From positions 109,899-173,898 of the forward strand of contig CAXXVA010000002.1 in the NCBI GenBank assembly GCA_963675365.2: a DNA stretch of 64,000 nt, read 5' to 3'. Numbering within the stretch: the first letter of the stretch is position 1; the number at the start of each line of letters is the position of its first letter. This stretch comes from Candidatus Limiplasma sp. (GTDB lineage Bacteria; Bacillota; Clostridia; Christensenellales; Aristaeellaceae). Positions 26,680 through 35,817 of the stretch are shown one piece after another. The translations under genes and the position numbers were made by a program. A model generated the notes under the pieces. The model saw nothing but the letters and a program-made list of their open reading frames with translations, had not been told where the DNA came from and searched no databases.

Positions 26680-27777
26680 TCAGCCTTTAAGCTCGTTTTC
26701 CAGAAATCTGAGGATGTCCCCGGCGGCCGGCGGGCAGCCCGGCACGCTTTTGGAAAATCGGGATGTGCAGCGCCCGATGCCGATCGCCCCGTCCACGGTC
26801 TGGCCCTGATAGCCCTGCCCAACGCAAACGGGAACGCGAAGTTTGCCTAGTTTTCCGCTCTCGTCCAGCCGCAACAGCGCGTAGACGGTGTTGGCGCAGC
26901 AGGCCGAACAGGCGTCCTTCTGGGTAACGCGGGACAAAAGCCGGTTGACGCGGCGCTGCGGCGCGCGCATGGCGGTTTTGGGCTGCGAAAGAACGATCTC
27001 CTCAAGCGCCGAAAGGTCCGCGCTGCCCGCGCCGAGCGCTTCCGCGATGCCGATGTAGGGCACGTCGCTTAATTGATAGCCAAGCTGCGTGCAGGCGTAC
27101 GCGTCGCAGAGCACCGGGTCATGGGTGCCGAAAATCTGGTCGCGCTGTACGGGGCTGCCGCCTTCCTCATAATCAAGATCGCCGCAGACCGCGTCCACCA
27201 GCACGAAGTTCTGCTTAAGGCCCAGCGCCAGATGCCCGATGGGCTTGTGCAGGCCCATGGCGTGGTAGCGGCGCTTTTCGGAATTGGGGATGAGCCCCTT
27301 CATGTTTTTCAGCGCGCAGGTCAGCCGCGTCTGGCAGTGGCCTTTCATCACGGGCACGTTGATCAGGTAATCGAGCTTCAGGGCGCTGTCGCAGATTTTA
27401 AGCTCCATCCCGCCGCAATCGACCGCCGTGGAGCTGTCCGGCTGGGTATCGATGAACGGGACGCCGGTTTTTTTGGAAAGGTCGGTATACCCGCACACGT
27501 CGGCGGCGTCTTTGGTGCGCGCGCCCACCCAGGCGCCCTCCAGCATGCAGAGGTTGTTAAATCCGTGCGCCCGGAGATAGTCGATGATGCCCTCTACGAT
27601 CTGCGGGTGCGTGGTCGCGCCGTTGCAGGCGTCCGACGCCAGCACGAGGTTGGGCTTGATGCCGATCAGCGCGCCCTTGTCCGGGATATCGTTTTGGATA
27701 TCGGCGGCCTCCAGCACGGACATGGCCATGGCCTTCAAATCGCTTCCGTAGGTGCTCCAGATGGTGTTGTTTTTCAT
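26680..27777 (-). CDS. DUF362 domain protein with Cys-rich C-terminus
   Basis: Start at MKNNTIWSTYG (ATG 27775-27777). GIKPNLV motif. C-terminal CSACCAN...VCVGQG...GRCTSRF...PGCPP. The upstream part of the track ORF overlaps the divergent gene. Confidence 0.7.
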   Translation of the reverse strand: MKNNTIWSTYGSDLKAMAMSVLEAADIQNDIPDKGALIGIKPNLVLASDACNGATTHPQIVEGIIDYLRAHGFNNLCMLEGAWVGARTKDAADVCGYTDLSKKTGVPFIDTQPDSSTAVDCGGMELKICDSALKLDYLINVPVMKGHCQTRLTCALKNMKGLIPNSEKRRYHAMGLHKPIGHLALGLKQNFVLVDAVCGDLDYEEGGSPVQRDQIFGTHDPVLCDAYACTQLGYQLSDVPYIGIAEALGAGSADLSALEEIVLSQPKTAMRAPQRRVNRLLSRVTQKDACSACCANTVYALLRLDESGKLGKLRVPVCVGQGYQGQTVDGAIGIGRCTSRFSKSVPGCPPAAGDILRFLENELKG

Positions 27778-27928
27778 ACTGCCCTCCGTGGGTCCGGCCG
27801 CGCCGAAGTGGTTTCGCCTATAGAATAGACCGTTGAGACGGCTGATGTCAACGCCGCGGCGAAAAGGCTCCAGCAAGCGCTTTACGCGGGCTGTGCGCTC
27901 TGCTATGATGGATCGGGGAGGGATAGCC

Positions 27929-29164
27929 ATGCATATAGCGGTTATCGGCGGCGGAGCGGCCGGATTTGCGGCGGCGATCGCCGCGGCGCAGGGCGGCGCG
28001 CAGGTCACGGTGCTGGAGCGCAACGCAAAGCCGCTCAAAAAGCTCGGCGTGACCGGCAACGGGCGGGGCAACGTGATGAACACGGGCGAGCCCGTCTATT
28101 ACGGCGATCCCGCGTTCGCCGAAGCGGTGCTCGGGCGCTGCGGCGTTCAGGAGCTTACCGCGTTTTTTGCCTCGCTGGGCGTTCCCCTGCGCGAGGAGGG
28201 CGAGCATCTGCTTTACCCCGCGAGCTTGCAGGCCTCGGCGGTGCAAAGCGCGCTGCTTTTGCGCGCCGGGCAGTTGAACATCGACGTCCGATGTCTTACG
28301 CACGTTACGCGCATCGCGCCTGAAAAGGGCGGCTTTGCGGTCTCCGGCATGCAGGGATCGGGCGGCGATCCAAAGCACAATACGGAAGCGCCGTTCAGTC
28401 TGCACGCCGACAAGGTGATCGTCGCCTGCGGCGGCGCGGCCTACCCCGTGCACGGCACCGACGGCACAGCCTACGGCCTGTTAACGGCGCTTGGGCACAA
28501 GAGCACGCCCATATTCCCCGCGCTGTGCGCGCCCACCGTGCCCAAAAAGCGGCTACAGGGGCTTAAAGGCCAGCGTGTGCGCGCGAAGCTCTGGCTGGAG
28601 GACGCGCAGGGGAACTCCCTGCACGCGGCGCGCGGCGAAGCACTGTTTGCCGACGACGCGGTCAGCGGCATCGCGGCCATGCAGCTTGCGCGCTTTGCGC
28701 AACCGGGCACGGCGCTGTGCCTTGATCTGTCCGACGAGCTGAACCTGCAGGGCGGCGTTCTGCCCTTCCTCCGGTCTCTCGCCGACGCGCGGAAGGAGCT
28801 TCCAATAGCCGAGCTGTTCACCGGCGTGCTGTCCACGCCCGTGTCCCGGATGATCCTGCGCGAGGCGGGTATGAAAGACCTGTCCGCGCCCATCTCCGCC
28901 CTCGGCATGGACCAACTGCGGGCCATTGCCGAGACAATTGCCTGTGTCCGCCTGCCGGTTCAGGGCACGCGCGGGTTTGACTTTGCGCAGGTCACCGCGG
29001 GCGGCATCGAAACGGAAAACTTCGATCCCGCCACCATGGAAAGCCGCCTTGTGCCCGGCCTGTACGCCGCCGGAGAAATTTTAAACGTCGACGGCGACTG
29101 CGGCGGATTCAATTTAATGTTTGCGTTTGCCTCCGGTTTGATAGCCGGCGCCTCAGCCCGATGA
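27929..29164 (+). CDS. HI0933/YhiN-like FAD-dependent oxidoreductase
   Basis: Start at MHIAVIGGGAAGFAAAIAAAQGG (dinucleotide-binding motif). C-terminal GEILNVDGDCGGFNL is typical of the family. Confidence 0.8.
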   Translation: MHIAVIGGGAAGFAAAIAAAQGGAQVTVLERNAKPLKKLGVTGNGRGNVMNTGEPVYYGDPAFAEAVLGRCGVQELTAFFASLGVPLREEGEHLLYPASLQASAVQSALLLRAGQLNIDVRCLTHVTRIAPEKGGFAVSGMQGSGGDPKHNTEAPFSLHADKVIVACGGAAYPVHGTDGTAYGLLTALGHKSTPIFPALCAPTVPKKRLQGLKGQRVRAKLWLEDAQGNSLHAARGEALFADDAVSGIAAMQLARFAQPGTALCLDLSDELNLQGGVLPFLRSLADARKELPIAELFTGVLSTPVSRMILREAGMKDLSAPISALGMDQLRAIAETIACVRLPVQGTRGFDFAQVTAGGIETENFDPATMESRLVPGLYAAGEILNVDGDCGGFNLMFAFASGLIAGASAR

Positions 29165-29172
29165 AAGGACCC

Positions 29173-29220
29173 CATCTGCTTTGTTGACTTCGTCGGGATA
29201 GCGCATCACTTACAAACGAC
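29173..29220 (+). repeat. Family-B repeat, partial copy
   Basis: CCATCTGCTTTGTTGAC-N12-GCGCATCACTTACAAACGAC parallels 16843-16895. Confidence 0.6.
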
Positions 29221-29257
29221 CTCCGGTTTGATAGCCGGTTCGGCGGCAGGAGAACGT

Positions 29258-29359
29258 CCTTCTTTCTTTTAGAAAAAAAGAAAGAAGGCAAAGAAAACCA
29301 AATATACAAAAATTGGCCGCGCAATGCGCGGCCAATGACGGTTCAGGGGCAAAGCCCTT
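29258..29359. repeat. Composite hairpin/terminator module (family C), copy 1
   Basis: CCTTCTTTCTTT / AAAGAAAGAAGG hairpin (29258-29288). GGCCGCGCAATGCGCGGCC (29315-29333) serves as the terminator for the minus-strand gene (AATTTTTG follows on minus). AGGGGCAAAGCCCTT hairpin (29345-29359). Confidence 0.75.
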
Positions 29360-29390
29360 GTCAGGGTGATAGTGATGAAAACCCTATCGT

Positions 29391-29642
29391 CTACTTGCGT
29401 TTGAACATACCCGTCACAACCAGTAACAGGCACGCGCCGCCAAGCGCGATCAGGAAACTGCCCAGGTTGAAGCCGCTGATGGCGCCAAGGCCCAGCAGCG
29501 AAGCGATCCAGCCGCCCAGCAGGCCGCCGACGATGCCTACGACGATGTTGGCAAGCAGCCCCATGTTTTTGTTGCGGCCCGTAATCATGCTGGCGACCCA
29601 ACCTGCCAGCCCGCCCATAACGATCCAGGAAATAATACCCAT
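29391..29642 (-). CDS. GlsB/YeaQ/YmgE family small membrane protein
   Basis: Start at MGIISWIVMGGLAGWVASMITG (ATG 29640-29642). 83 aa, glycine-zipper helices. Confidence 0.8.
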   Translation of the reverse strand: MGIISWIVMGGLAGWVASMITGRNKNMGLLANIVVGIVGGLLGGWIASLLGLGAISGFNLGSFLIALGGACLLLVVTGMFKRK

Positions 29643-29849
29643 ATTGCTCCTCCTTATAGTCCGGTTAAGCGCCGCGCCGACGGATGCGTCCGCCGCCTGC
29701 GGCATGCGTTTCGTCTGTACAAAAATCATTATAAGCAGGCGTTTTGCGCCTGTAAAGCACTCTAGCATATTCTAATCAAGCTCTAAGCTTGCGCCAACTC
29801 CCGCCGTGCGGTACAATCAGAAAACCATCGTAGATTTGGAGGGAACGTT

Positions 29850-30305
29850 TTGCACCGCATCCTGTTTGTTTGTATGGGTAACATCTGCCGCAGCCCCATG
29901 GCGGAGTTCATTCTGAAAGACCTTGTCAAAAAGCGCGGCCTTGCCGGGGATTTTCACATCGAGTCGCGCGCGACCAGCACCGAGGAGCTTGGCAACCCCG
30001 TATACCCGCCCGCGAAAGCGGAGCTTCAAAAGCACGGCATTTCCTGTGATGGGAAGGTGTCCATACAGCTTACAAAAGCGGATTACGACGCGTTCGATCT
30101 GCTGATCGCCATGGACAAGCTGAACCTGCGCAATATCGACCGCATCACCGGCGGCGATCCGCAGGGGAAGGTACACCTGATGATGGAGCGTACCGCACGC
30201 CCCGGCGAGGTGGACGATCCGTGGTTTACCCGCCGATTTGACATTACCTACCGGGATATCCTGGAGGGCTGCGAGGCGTGGCTGGACGTGATTGTAAAGC
30301 CGTAA
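29850..30305 (+). CDS. Low-molecular-weight protein-tyrosine phosphatase
   Basis: FVCMGNICRSPMAE (CX5R P-loop) and DDPWF near the C-terminus. TTG start after GGAGGG. Confidence 0.9.
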   Translation: MHRILFVCMGNICRSPMAEFILKDLVKKRGLAGDFHIESRATSTEELGNPVYPPAKAELQKHGISCDGKVSIQLTKADYDAFDLLIAMDKLNLRNIDRITGGDPQGKVHLMMERTARPGEVDDPWFTRRFDITYRDILEGCEAWLDVIVKP

Positions 30306-30428
30306 GCGCCTCATGCCGCAAAGAAATGCGCCTTGAAAATGCCCGCTGACACGGCGGGCATTTCCGCGCTGGGTTGGAGGTTTCCCAAAACCCCCATCCG
30401 TGGTATGATGTCGTGGGGAGGAATGGCA

Positions 30429-31376
30429 ATGCGCGTAACGGTGATCGGCTCGGGGCGCTGGGGTACGTTCCTGGCGTGGTACGCCGATCGGCAGGGGCAT
30501 TCCGTCCGCCTGTTCGGACGCGAACAATCGCCCCGTTTTCAGGCGCTCAGGCAAAGCCGGGGCAACGATTTGGTAACGCTGACCGAAGGCGTGGAGTTTT
30601 GCTCCGCGCTGACGCGGGACACGGATCTGATTTTGATCTCCGTCTCCTCCCAGGCGCTGCGCGAGGTGCTGACCGAACACGCGGGAATGCTGCGCGGCAT
30701 CCCCCTGGCGCTGTGCATGAAGGGGCTGGAAATGGGCACGGGCAAGCGCTTGTCCGTGGTGACCCGCGAGGTGCTCGGTCAAAGCCAGCCCGTCGCGGTG
30801 TGGCTGGGCCCCGGCCATGTACAGGAGTTCGTTCGCGGCGTGCCCAACTGCATGGTGATCGACTCCGACGACGAAACCCTTAAAGCCATGCTCGTGGAAG
30901 AACTCTCCGGCGAGCTGATCCGTTTTTACTACGGGCGCGATCTGATCGGCTCGGAGATCGGCGCGGCGGCCAAAAATGTGGTCGGCATCGCCGCCGGGGT
31001 GCTGGACGGTCTGAAGCTTTCCACCCTCAAAGGCGCGCTGATGAGCCGGGGCACGCGCGAGGTCGCGCGCCTGATTCAGGCGTTGGGCGGCAACGAGCTG
31101 AGCGCTTACGGCCTGTGCCATCTGGGCGATTACGAGGCCACCGTGTTTTCCCCGTACAGCCACAACCGCCGCTTCGGCGAATGCCTGGCGACGGGCGAGC
31201 CGTATACGGAGCTTGCCGAAGGCGTGTACACCGCCGAGGCGCTGATGGACCTGGAGGCGCAGACCGGCGTGGAGCTGCCCATCTGCCGCGCGGTGTACCG
31301 GGTGCTCTACGAAAAAGCGGACATTCAAAAAACCCTTGGAAGCCTGTTTGATCGCAGTTTGAAAATGGAGTTTTGA
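30429..31376 (+). CDS. gpsA: NAD(P)H-dependent glycerol-3-phosphate dehydrogenase
   Basis: VTVIGSGRWGTFLAW and GAAAKNVVGIAAG. Start ATG 30429 (or 30423) after GGGGAGG. The track start 30333 is an extension. Confidence 0.85.
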   Translation: MRVTVIGSGRWGTFLAWYADRQGHSVRLFGREQSPRFQALRQSRGNDLVTLTEGVEFCSALTRDTDLILISVSSQALREVLTEHAGMLRGIPLALCMKGLEMGTGKRLSVVTREVLGQSQPVAVWLGPGHVQEFVRGVPNCMVIDSDDETLKAMLVEELSGELIRFYYGRDLIGSEIGAAAKNVVGIAAGVLDGLKLSTLKGALMSRGTREVARLIQALGGNELSAYGLCHLGDYEATVFSPYSHNRRFGECLATGEPYTELAEGVYTAEALMDLEAQTGVELPICRAVYRVLYEKADIQKTLGSLFDRSLKMEF

Positions 31377-31415
31377 CATTCACCGAGATATGACAAGGAA
31401 GGATCAGACGACCGT

Positions 31416-32471
31416 ATGAAAGACAAGAAAGACAGAAAGGCCCGCAAGCTCGTGGATATCGGCGGACAGGCGGTGCTCGAGGGCGTGATGATGAAAGCGC
31501 CCGACGCCGTGGCCGTTGCCGTGCGCCGGCCGGACAAGACCATCGTCGTCCACCGGACGCCCTACGCTCCGCCCTCCAAAAAGCGCAAGTGGCTGGGCTG
31601 GCCGCTGGTTCGCGGCGTGGTGAACATGGGCACGATGCTGTCGCTGGGCATGTCGACCCTGCAAAAGTCCACCAACATGCTCGGGGTGCTGGACGAGGAG
31701 CCGACGAAGTTTGAACTGTGGCTCTCCAAAAAGCTCGGCAAGGGCGTGGATAAAATCGTGATGGGCACGGCGATCACCCTGGCGATCGTATTGTCGGTCG
31801 TATTGTTCTTCGCCATCCCCGAGGCCTTTGCAAGGCTTTTAAAGGGCGTATGGGCCGACGGCAGCCTGAACTGGCTGGTCAACCTGCTTTCGGGCGTCCT
31901 GCGTATTCTGATTCTGATCGGCTATATCCTCGTGTGCTCACTGGTACCGGACGTGCGCCGCACCTTCCAGTACCACGGCGCGGAGCATAAAACCGTGTAT
32001 AACCACGAAGCCCAAAAGCCGTTAGCGCCCGAAATGGCGCAGACCTTTTCCACCCTGCACCCGCGCTGCGGCACCAGCTTTCTTTTGCTGGTGTTCGTCA
32101 TCTCCATCGCCCTGTTTACGGTGGTGGGCTACCAGGGCAACGTGTACGTCTGGCGGCTGTTAAGCCGGCTGGCGCTGCTGCCGGTCGTCGCGGGCGTGAG
32201 CTACGAAATTCTCAAACTGCTGGCGCATTCCGGCGGAACCGTCGCCCGCGCGCTGCGCTGGCCGGGCATCCAATTGCAGCGGCTGACCACCAAAGCGCCG
32301 GACGACGGTATGCTGGAGGTCGCCATCGTGTCCATGAACGTGGCGCTGCACGGCATGCCAAAACATGCCGAACTGACCCCCGAGGGCTGGGCGATTCTGA
32401 AAAGCTACAAGGAAAGCGAGCCTGACTACGAACCCGAGGCCGAACCCGCCGGGGACAAGGCGGCGGTATGA
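31416..32471 (+). CDS. DUF1385 (YqhQ-like) membrane protein
   Basis: FQYHGAEHKTV motif. Conserved position upstream of prmC-prfA. Confidence 0.85.
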   Translation: MKDKKDRKARKLVDIGGQAVLEGVMMKAPDAVAVAVRRPDKTIVVHRTPYAPPSKKRKWLGWPLVRGVVNMGTMLSLGMSTLQKSTNMLGVLDEEPTKFELWLSKKLGKGVDKIVMGTAITLAIVLSVVLFFAIPEAFARLLKGVWADGSLNWLVNLLSGVLRILILIGYILVCSLVPDVRRTFQYHGAEHKTVYNHEAQKPLAPEMAQTFSTLHPRCGTSFLLLVFVISIALFTVVGYQGNVYVWRLLSRLALLPVVAGVSYEILKLLAHSGGTVARALRWPGIQLQRLTTKAPDDGMLEVAIVSMNVALHGMPKHAELTPEGWAILKSYKESEPDYEPEAEPAGDKAAV

Positions 32472-33301
32472 CCATACGGGAAGCCCTGCGGCTGGGCACG
32501 GAAACCCTTTCCGAGGTGCCCGACCCGCGCGTGGATACGGAGCTTTTGCTGGGTCACGAGCTGGATATGGCGCGGATGGAGCTCAAACTGAACCCCGCGC
32601 GGGAACTGGCCCCCGCACAGGAGCAGGTCTTCCTGCAAGCGCTGGAACGGCGCAGGAACAGGGAGCCGCTGCAGTACATTCTGGGCACGCAGAGCTTCTG
32701 CGGCGCCGAACTCGCCGTAAACGAAGCCGTGCTCATCCCAAGGCCGGAAACCGAAACCCTCTGCGAGCTTGCGCTCAAACGCATCGAAACGACGCAAAGC
32801 CCGACCGTGGCCGATATCTGCACGGGCAGCGGCGCGATCGCCGTCGCCGTAAAACTCGCCCGCCCGGACGCGAAGGTCTTTGCGACCGAATTAAGCCCCC
32901 AAGCCCTGTCCGTCGCTCGGGACAACGCCAAACGAAACGGCGCGGACATCACCTTTTTGCAAGGAGACCTCATGGAACCGTTACAGGGAAAAACGTTTGA
33001 CTGCATCCTCTCCAACCCGCCCTATATCAAGGCGGGGGATTTGGATACCCTCCAGCCCGAAGTGCGCAAGGAGCCGCGCATGGCGCTGGACGGCGGAGCG
33101 GACGGCCTGCGCTTTTACCGCAGGCTCGCAACAGACGCGCCCCGCTGTTTAAAGCGCGGCGGCAGCCTGTTTCTGGAGCTTGGCGACGGGCAGGCGCAGC
33201 CTGTATCCGCGCTGGTTTCCGCCGCCGGGTTTACGGGCGTGCGCGTCCACAACGACCTGTTCGGAAAGCCCCGCGTTTTGGAGGCGCTGCTGTACCCGTA
33301 G
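32468..33301 (+). CDS. prmC: Release-factor glutamine N5-methyltransferase
   Basis: [11 protein letters not shown] motif I and SNPPYI catalytic motif. ATGA overlap with the upstream gene. Confidence 0.9.
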   Translation: MTIREALRLGTETLSEVPDPRVDTELLLGHELDMARMELKLNPARELAPAQEQVFLQALERRRNREPLQYILGTQSFCGAELAVNEAVLIPRPETETLCELALKRIETTQSPTVADICTGSGAIAVAVKLARPDAKVFATELSPQALSVARDNAKRNGADITFLQGDLMEPLQGKTFDCILSNPPYIKAGDLDTLQPEVRKEPRMALDGGADGLRFYRRLATDAPRCLKRGGSLFLELGDGQAQPVSALVSAAGFTGVRVHNDLFGKPRVLEALLYP

Positions 33302-33350
33302 CGTACGCATCGTTGCCATCCGATCCCATACGACGTAAAGGAGCACAGCG

Positions 33351-34428
33351 ATGTTTGACAAGTTTGATTTTATTCTTTCCCGGCACCAGGAGCTTACCGA
33401 GGCCGTCAGCCAGCCGGAGATTATCGCCGACGCCGAGAAATACCAGACCCTCTCTAAAAGAGCTTGCCGCCCTCACCCCGCAGGCGGAGGCGTGGAAAAC
33501 CTATCAGGATACCCTCTCCCAGATTCAGGAAGCCAAAGAAATGCTCGATCTGCCCGACATGGCCGATATGGCGGCCGACGAGCTCAAACGCCTTGAGGCG
33601 CTTAAGGACGAGCAGGAAAACGAGCTGCGCCTGCTGCTGATCCCCAAAGACCCCGACGACGACCGCAGCGTGGTGATGGAAATCCGCCAGGGCGCGGGCG
33701 GAGACGAGGCGGCGCTGTTCGGCGCGATCCTTTTGCGCATGTACTCGCGCTTTGCCGAGCGCCATCGCCTGAAGCTCGAACCCGTCAGCTATAACATGAC
33801 CGAGCTCGGCGGCGTGAAGGAAGCGGTATTCAACATCAAGGGCAAGGGCGCCTACAGCAGGCTCAAGTTTGAAAGCGGCGTCCACCGCGTGCAGCGCGTG
33901 CCCTCGACCGAGTCCTCCGGACGCATCCACACCTCCACCGCGACCGTGGCCGTGTTGCCGGAAGCCGAGGATGTGGAAATCAACATCGACCCGCAGGACC
34001 TGCGCATCGACGTGTACCGGTCCTCCGGCCACGGCGGCCAGTGCGTCAACACCACCGACTCCGCCGTGCGCATCACGCACATCCCCACCGGCCTGGTGGT
34101 CACCTGCCAGGATGAGAAAAGCCAGATCAAAAACCGCGCCAAAGCCATGATGGTTTTGAAAACCCGCCTTTACCAGAAGATGCGCGACGAAAAGGACGCC
34201 GAATACGCCGCGCACCGGCGCGGGCAGGTGGGCACGGGCGATCGCTCCGAGCGCGTCCGCACCTACAACTTCCCGCAGGGGCGCGTGACCGACCACCGCC
34301 TGAGCGGGGCCGACGACGCCCGCAAGAACTTCAATATCGACGCGATTACCGACGGCGACCTGGACGAGCTCATCGACGCGCTGACCCTGCAGGATCAGGC
34401 CGAAAAGCTCAAGGAAATCGGAGCGTAA
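33351..34428 (+). pseudogene. prfA: Peptide chain release factor 1, interrupted by an apparent +1 frameshift at A4 run 33456-33459
   Basis: AAGGAG-N7-ATG 33351 opens [36 protein letters not shown]. The rest of RF1 ([12 protein letters not shown] ... [14 protein letters not shown] ... [11 protein letters not shown]) is in the +1 frame of track ORF 33313-34428. Deleting one A restores ...YQTLSKELAAL... Confidence 0.8.
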
Positions 34429-34430
34429 GC

Positions 34431-35465
34431 GTGCGTACCCGCATCAGCCCGCCCACGGACAGGGAGATCCGCAAAGCCGCCAAATTGCTTTTGGACGGCG
34501 AGCTCGTCGCCTTTCCCACCGAGACCGTTTACGGTCTGGGCGCCAACGCGCTGAACGCGGACGCGGTTCAAAAGATTTTCACCGCCAAGGACCGCCCGGC
34601 GGATAACCCACTGATCGTGCACGTCGCCAGCGCCGGCGCGGCCGAAACGCTCTGCCATATGACCGACGACGCCCGTGCGCTCATGACCGCGTTCTGGCCG
34701 GGCCCACTGACCCTGTTATTACCGAAGAAACCTGTAATCCCGGCCGTGACCAACGCGGGGCTAAAAAGCGTCGCCGTGCGCATGCCGGATCACCCGGTGG
34801 CGCTTAAGCTGCTCAAAGCAAGCGGCCTGCCCGTCGCCGCGCCCAGCGCCAACCGCAGCGGCAGACCCAGCCCCACCACCGCCCGGCACGTGTGGGACGA
34901 TATGCACGGCAGAATCCCCATGATTCTGGACGGCGGTCCCTGCCGCGTGGGGCTTGAATCCACGGTGCTTGACATGACGGGGGACACCCCCGCCATCGTG
35001 CGCCCCGGCGGGGTGACGCTTGAGATGCTTTCCGCCGTACTGCCCGGCGTGCGCGTGGCCGAGACCGCTATGCGCGAGCTGAAATCCGGAGAGGTCGCCG
35101 TAAGCCCCGGCATGCGGCACACCCATTACGCGCCCAAAGGCGAGCTTACGCTGGTCGAGGGCGAGCCCGGCAGGGTGGAGGCCGAATGCAAGCGGCTGCA
35201 CCAAAATGCAAAAACGGCCGGCAAACGGGCCTGCCTGCTGGTCGCCAAGGAACGCCTGCCGGTTTACGAAGGCCTTGAAACCTACACGCTTGGCAGCCTC
35301 CAGGCGCCCGAGACCATCGCCCACACGCTGTTTGCGGCGCTTCGGCAGATGGACGACGACGGGATTGAAGTAATCGTCTGTGAGGCGGTGGATGCCTCCG
35401 GCATCGGCCTTGCGGTCATGAACCGGCTGCGCCGCGCCGCGGGCTTCCGCGTCGTCAGGGTTTAA
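34431..35465 (+). CDS. tsaC: L-threonylcarbamoyladenylate synthase (Sua5/YwlC long form)
   Basis: FPTETVYGLGANAL, SANRSGRPSPT, and a C-terminal Sua5 domain. GTG start. Confidence 0.85.
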   Translation: MRTRISPPTDREIRKAAKLLLDGELVAFPTETVYGLGANALNADAVQKIFTAKDRPADNPLIVHVASAGAAETLCHMTDDARALMTAFWPGPLTLLLPKKPVIPAVTNAGLKSVAVRMPDHPVALKLLKASGLPVAAPSANRSGRPSPTTARHVWDDMHGRIPMILDGGPCRVGLESTVLDMTGDTPAIVRPGGVTLEMLSAVLPGVRVAETAMRELKSGEVAVSPGMRHTHYAPKGELTLVEGEPGRVEAECKRLHQNAKTAGKRACLLVAKERLPVYEGLETYTLGSLQAPETIAHTLFAALRQMDDDGIEVIVCEAVDASGIGLAVMNRLRRAAGFRVVRV

Positions 35466-35518
35466 CAAACCTGTTTTCGAGACATAATACCAAATACCCC
35501 GATAAGGAGGGACACGCA

Positions 35519-35803
35519 ATGGCGGACATTCTGCTGGATATCACGCCCTTTGAGGAAAAAATCTCCCTGCACAGTTATCTGAAGGACAACTTGAAATTCC
35601 CGTTCTATTACGGGGCGAACCTCGACGCGCTGTACGACGAGCTTGCAAGCATCGACCACCCGGTGCAGATCGCGCTCACGTTTCACGATCATCCCATCAC
35701 CGGGCACGAACGCTATATCCCGCGCATGGTCGAGGTCTTCAAAGCCGCGGCGCAGGACAACTACAATATCAGGCTGACCGTTACGGAAGCCGAAGCGAAA
35801 TAG
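35519..35803 (+). CDS. Barstar-family protein
   Basis: 94 aa. [16 protein letters not shown] matches the barstar signature. AAGGAGGG RBS. Confidence 0.7.
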   Translation: MADILLDITPFEEKISLHSYLKDNLKFPFYYGANLDALYDELASIDHPVQIALTFHDHPITGHERYIPRMVEVFKAAAQDNYNIRLTVTEAEAK

Positions 35804-35817
35804 CAGGAGGCTGTATT

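Noticed and set aside
33313-33460. Programmed +1 frameshifting in prfA by analogy with prfB, and the alternative N-terminus [14 protein letters not shown]
   Set aside because: prfB-type recoding needs an in-frame UGA at the shift site and an upstream SD-like stimulator; neither is present. The frame-B N-terminus has no RF1 similarity or RBS. An indel in the A4 run is the simplest reading. It is kept as a finding because it must be checked against reads.
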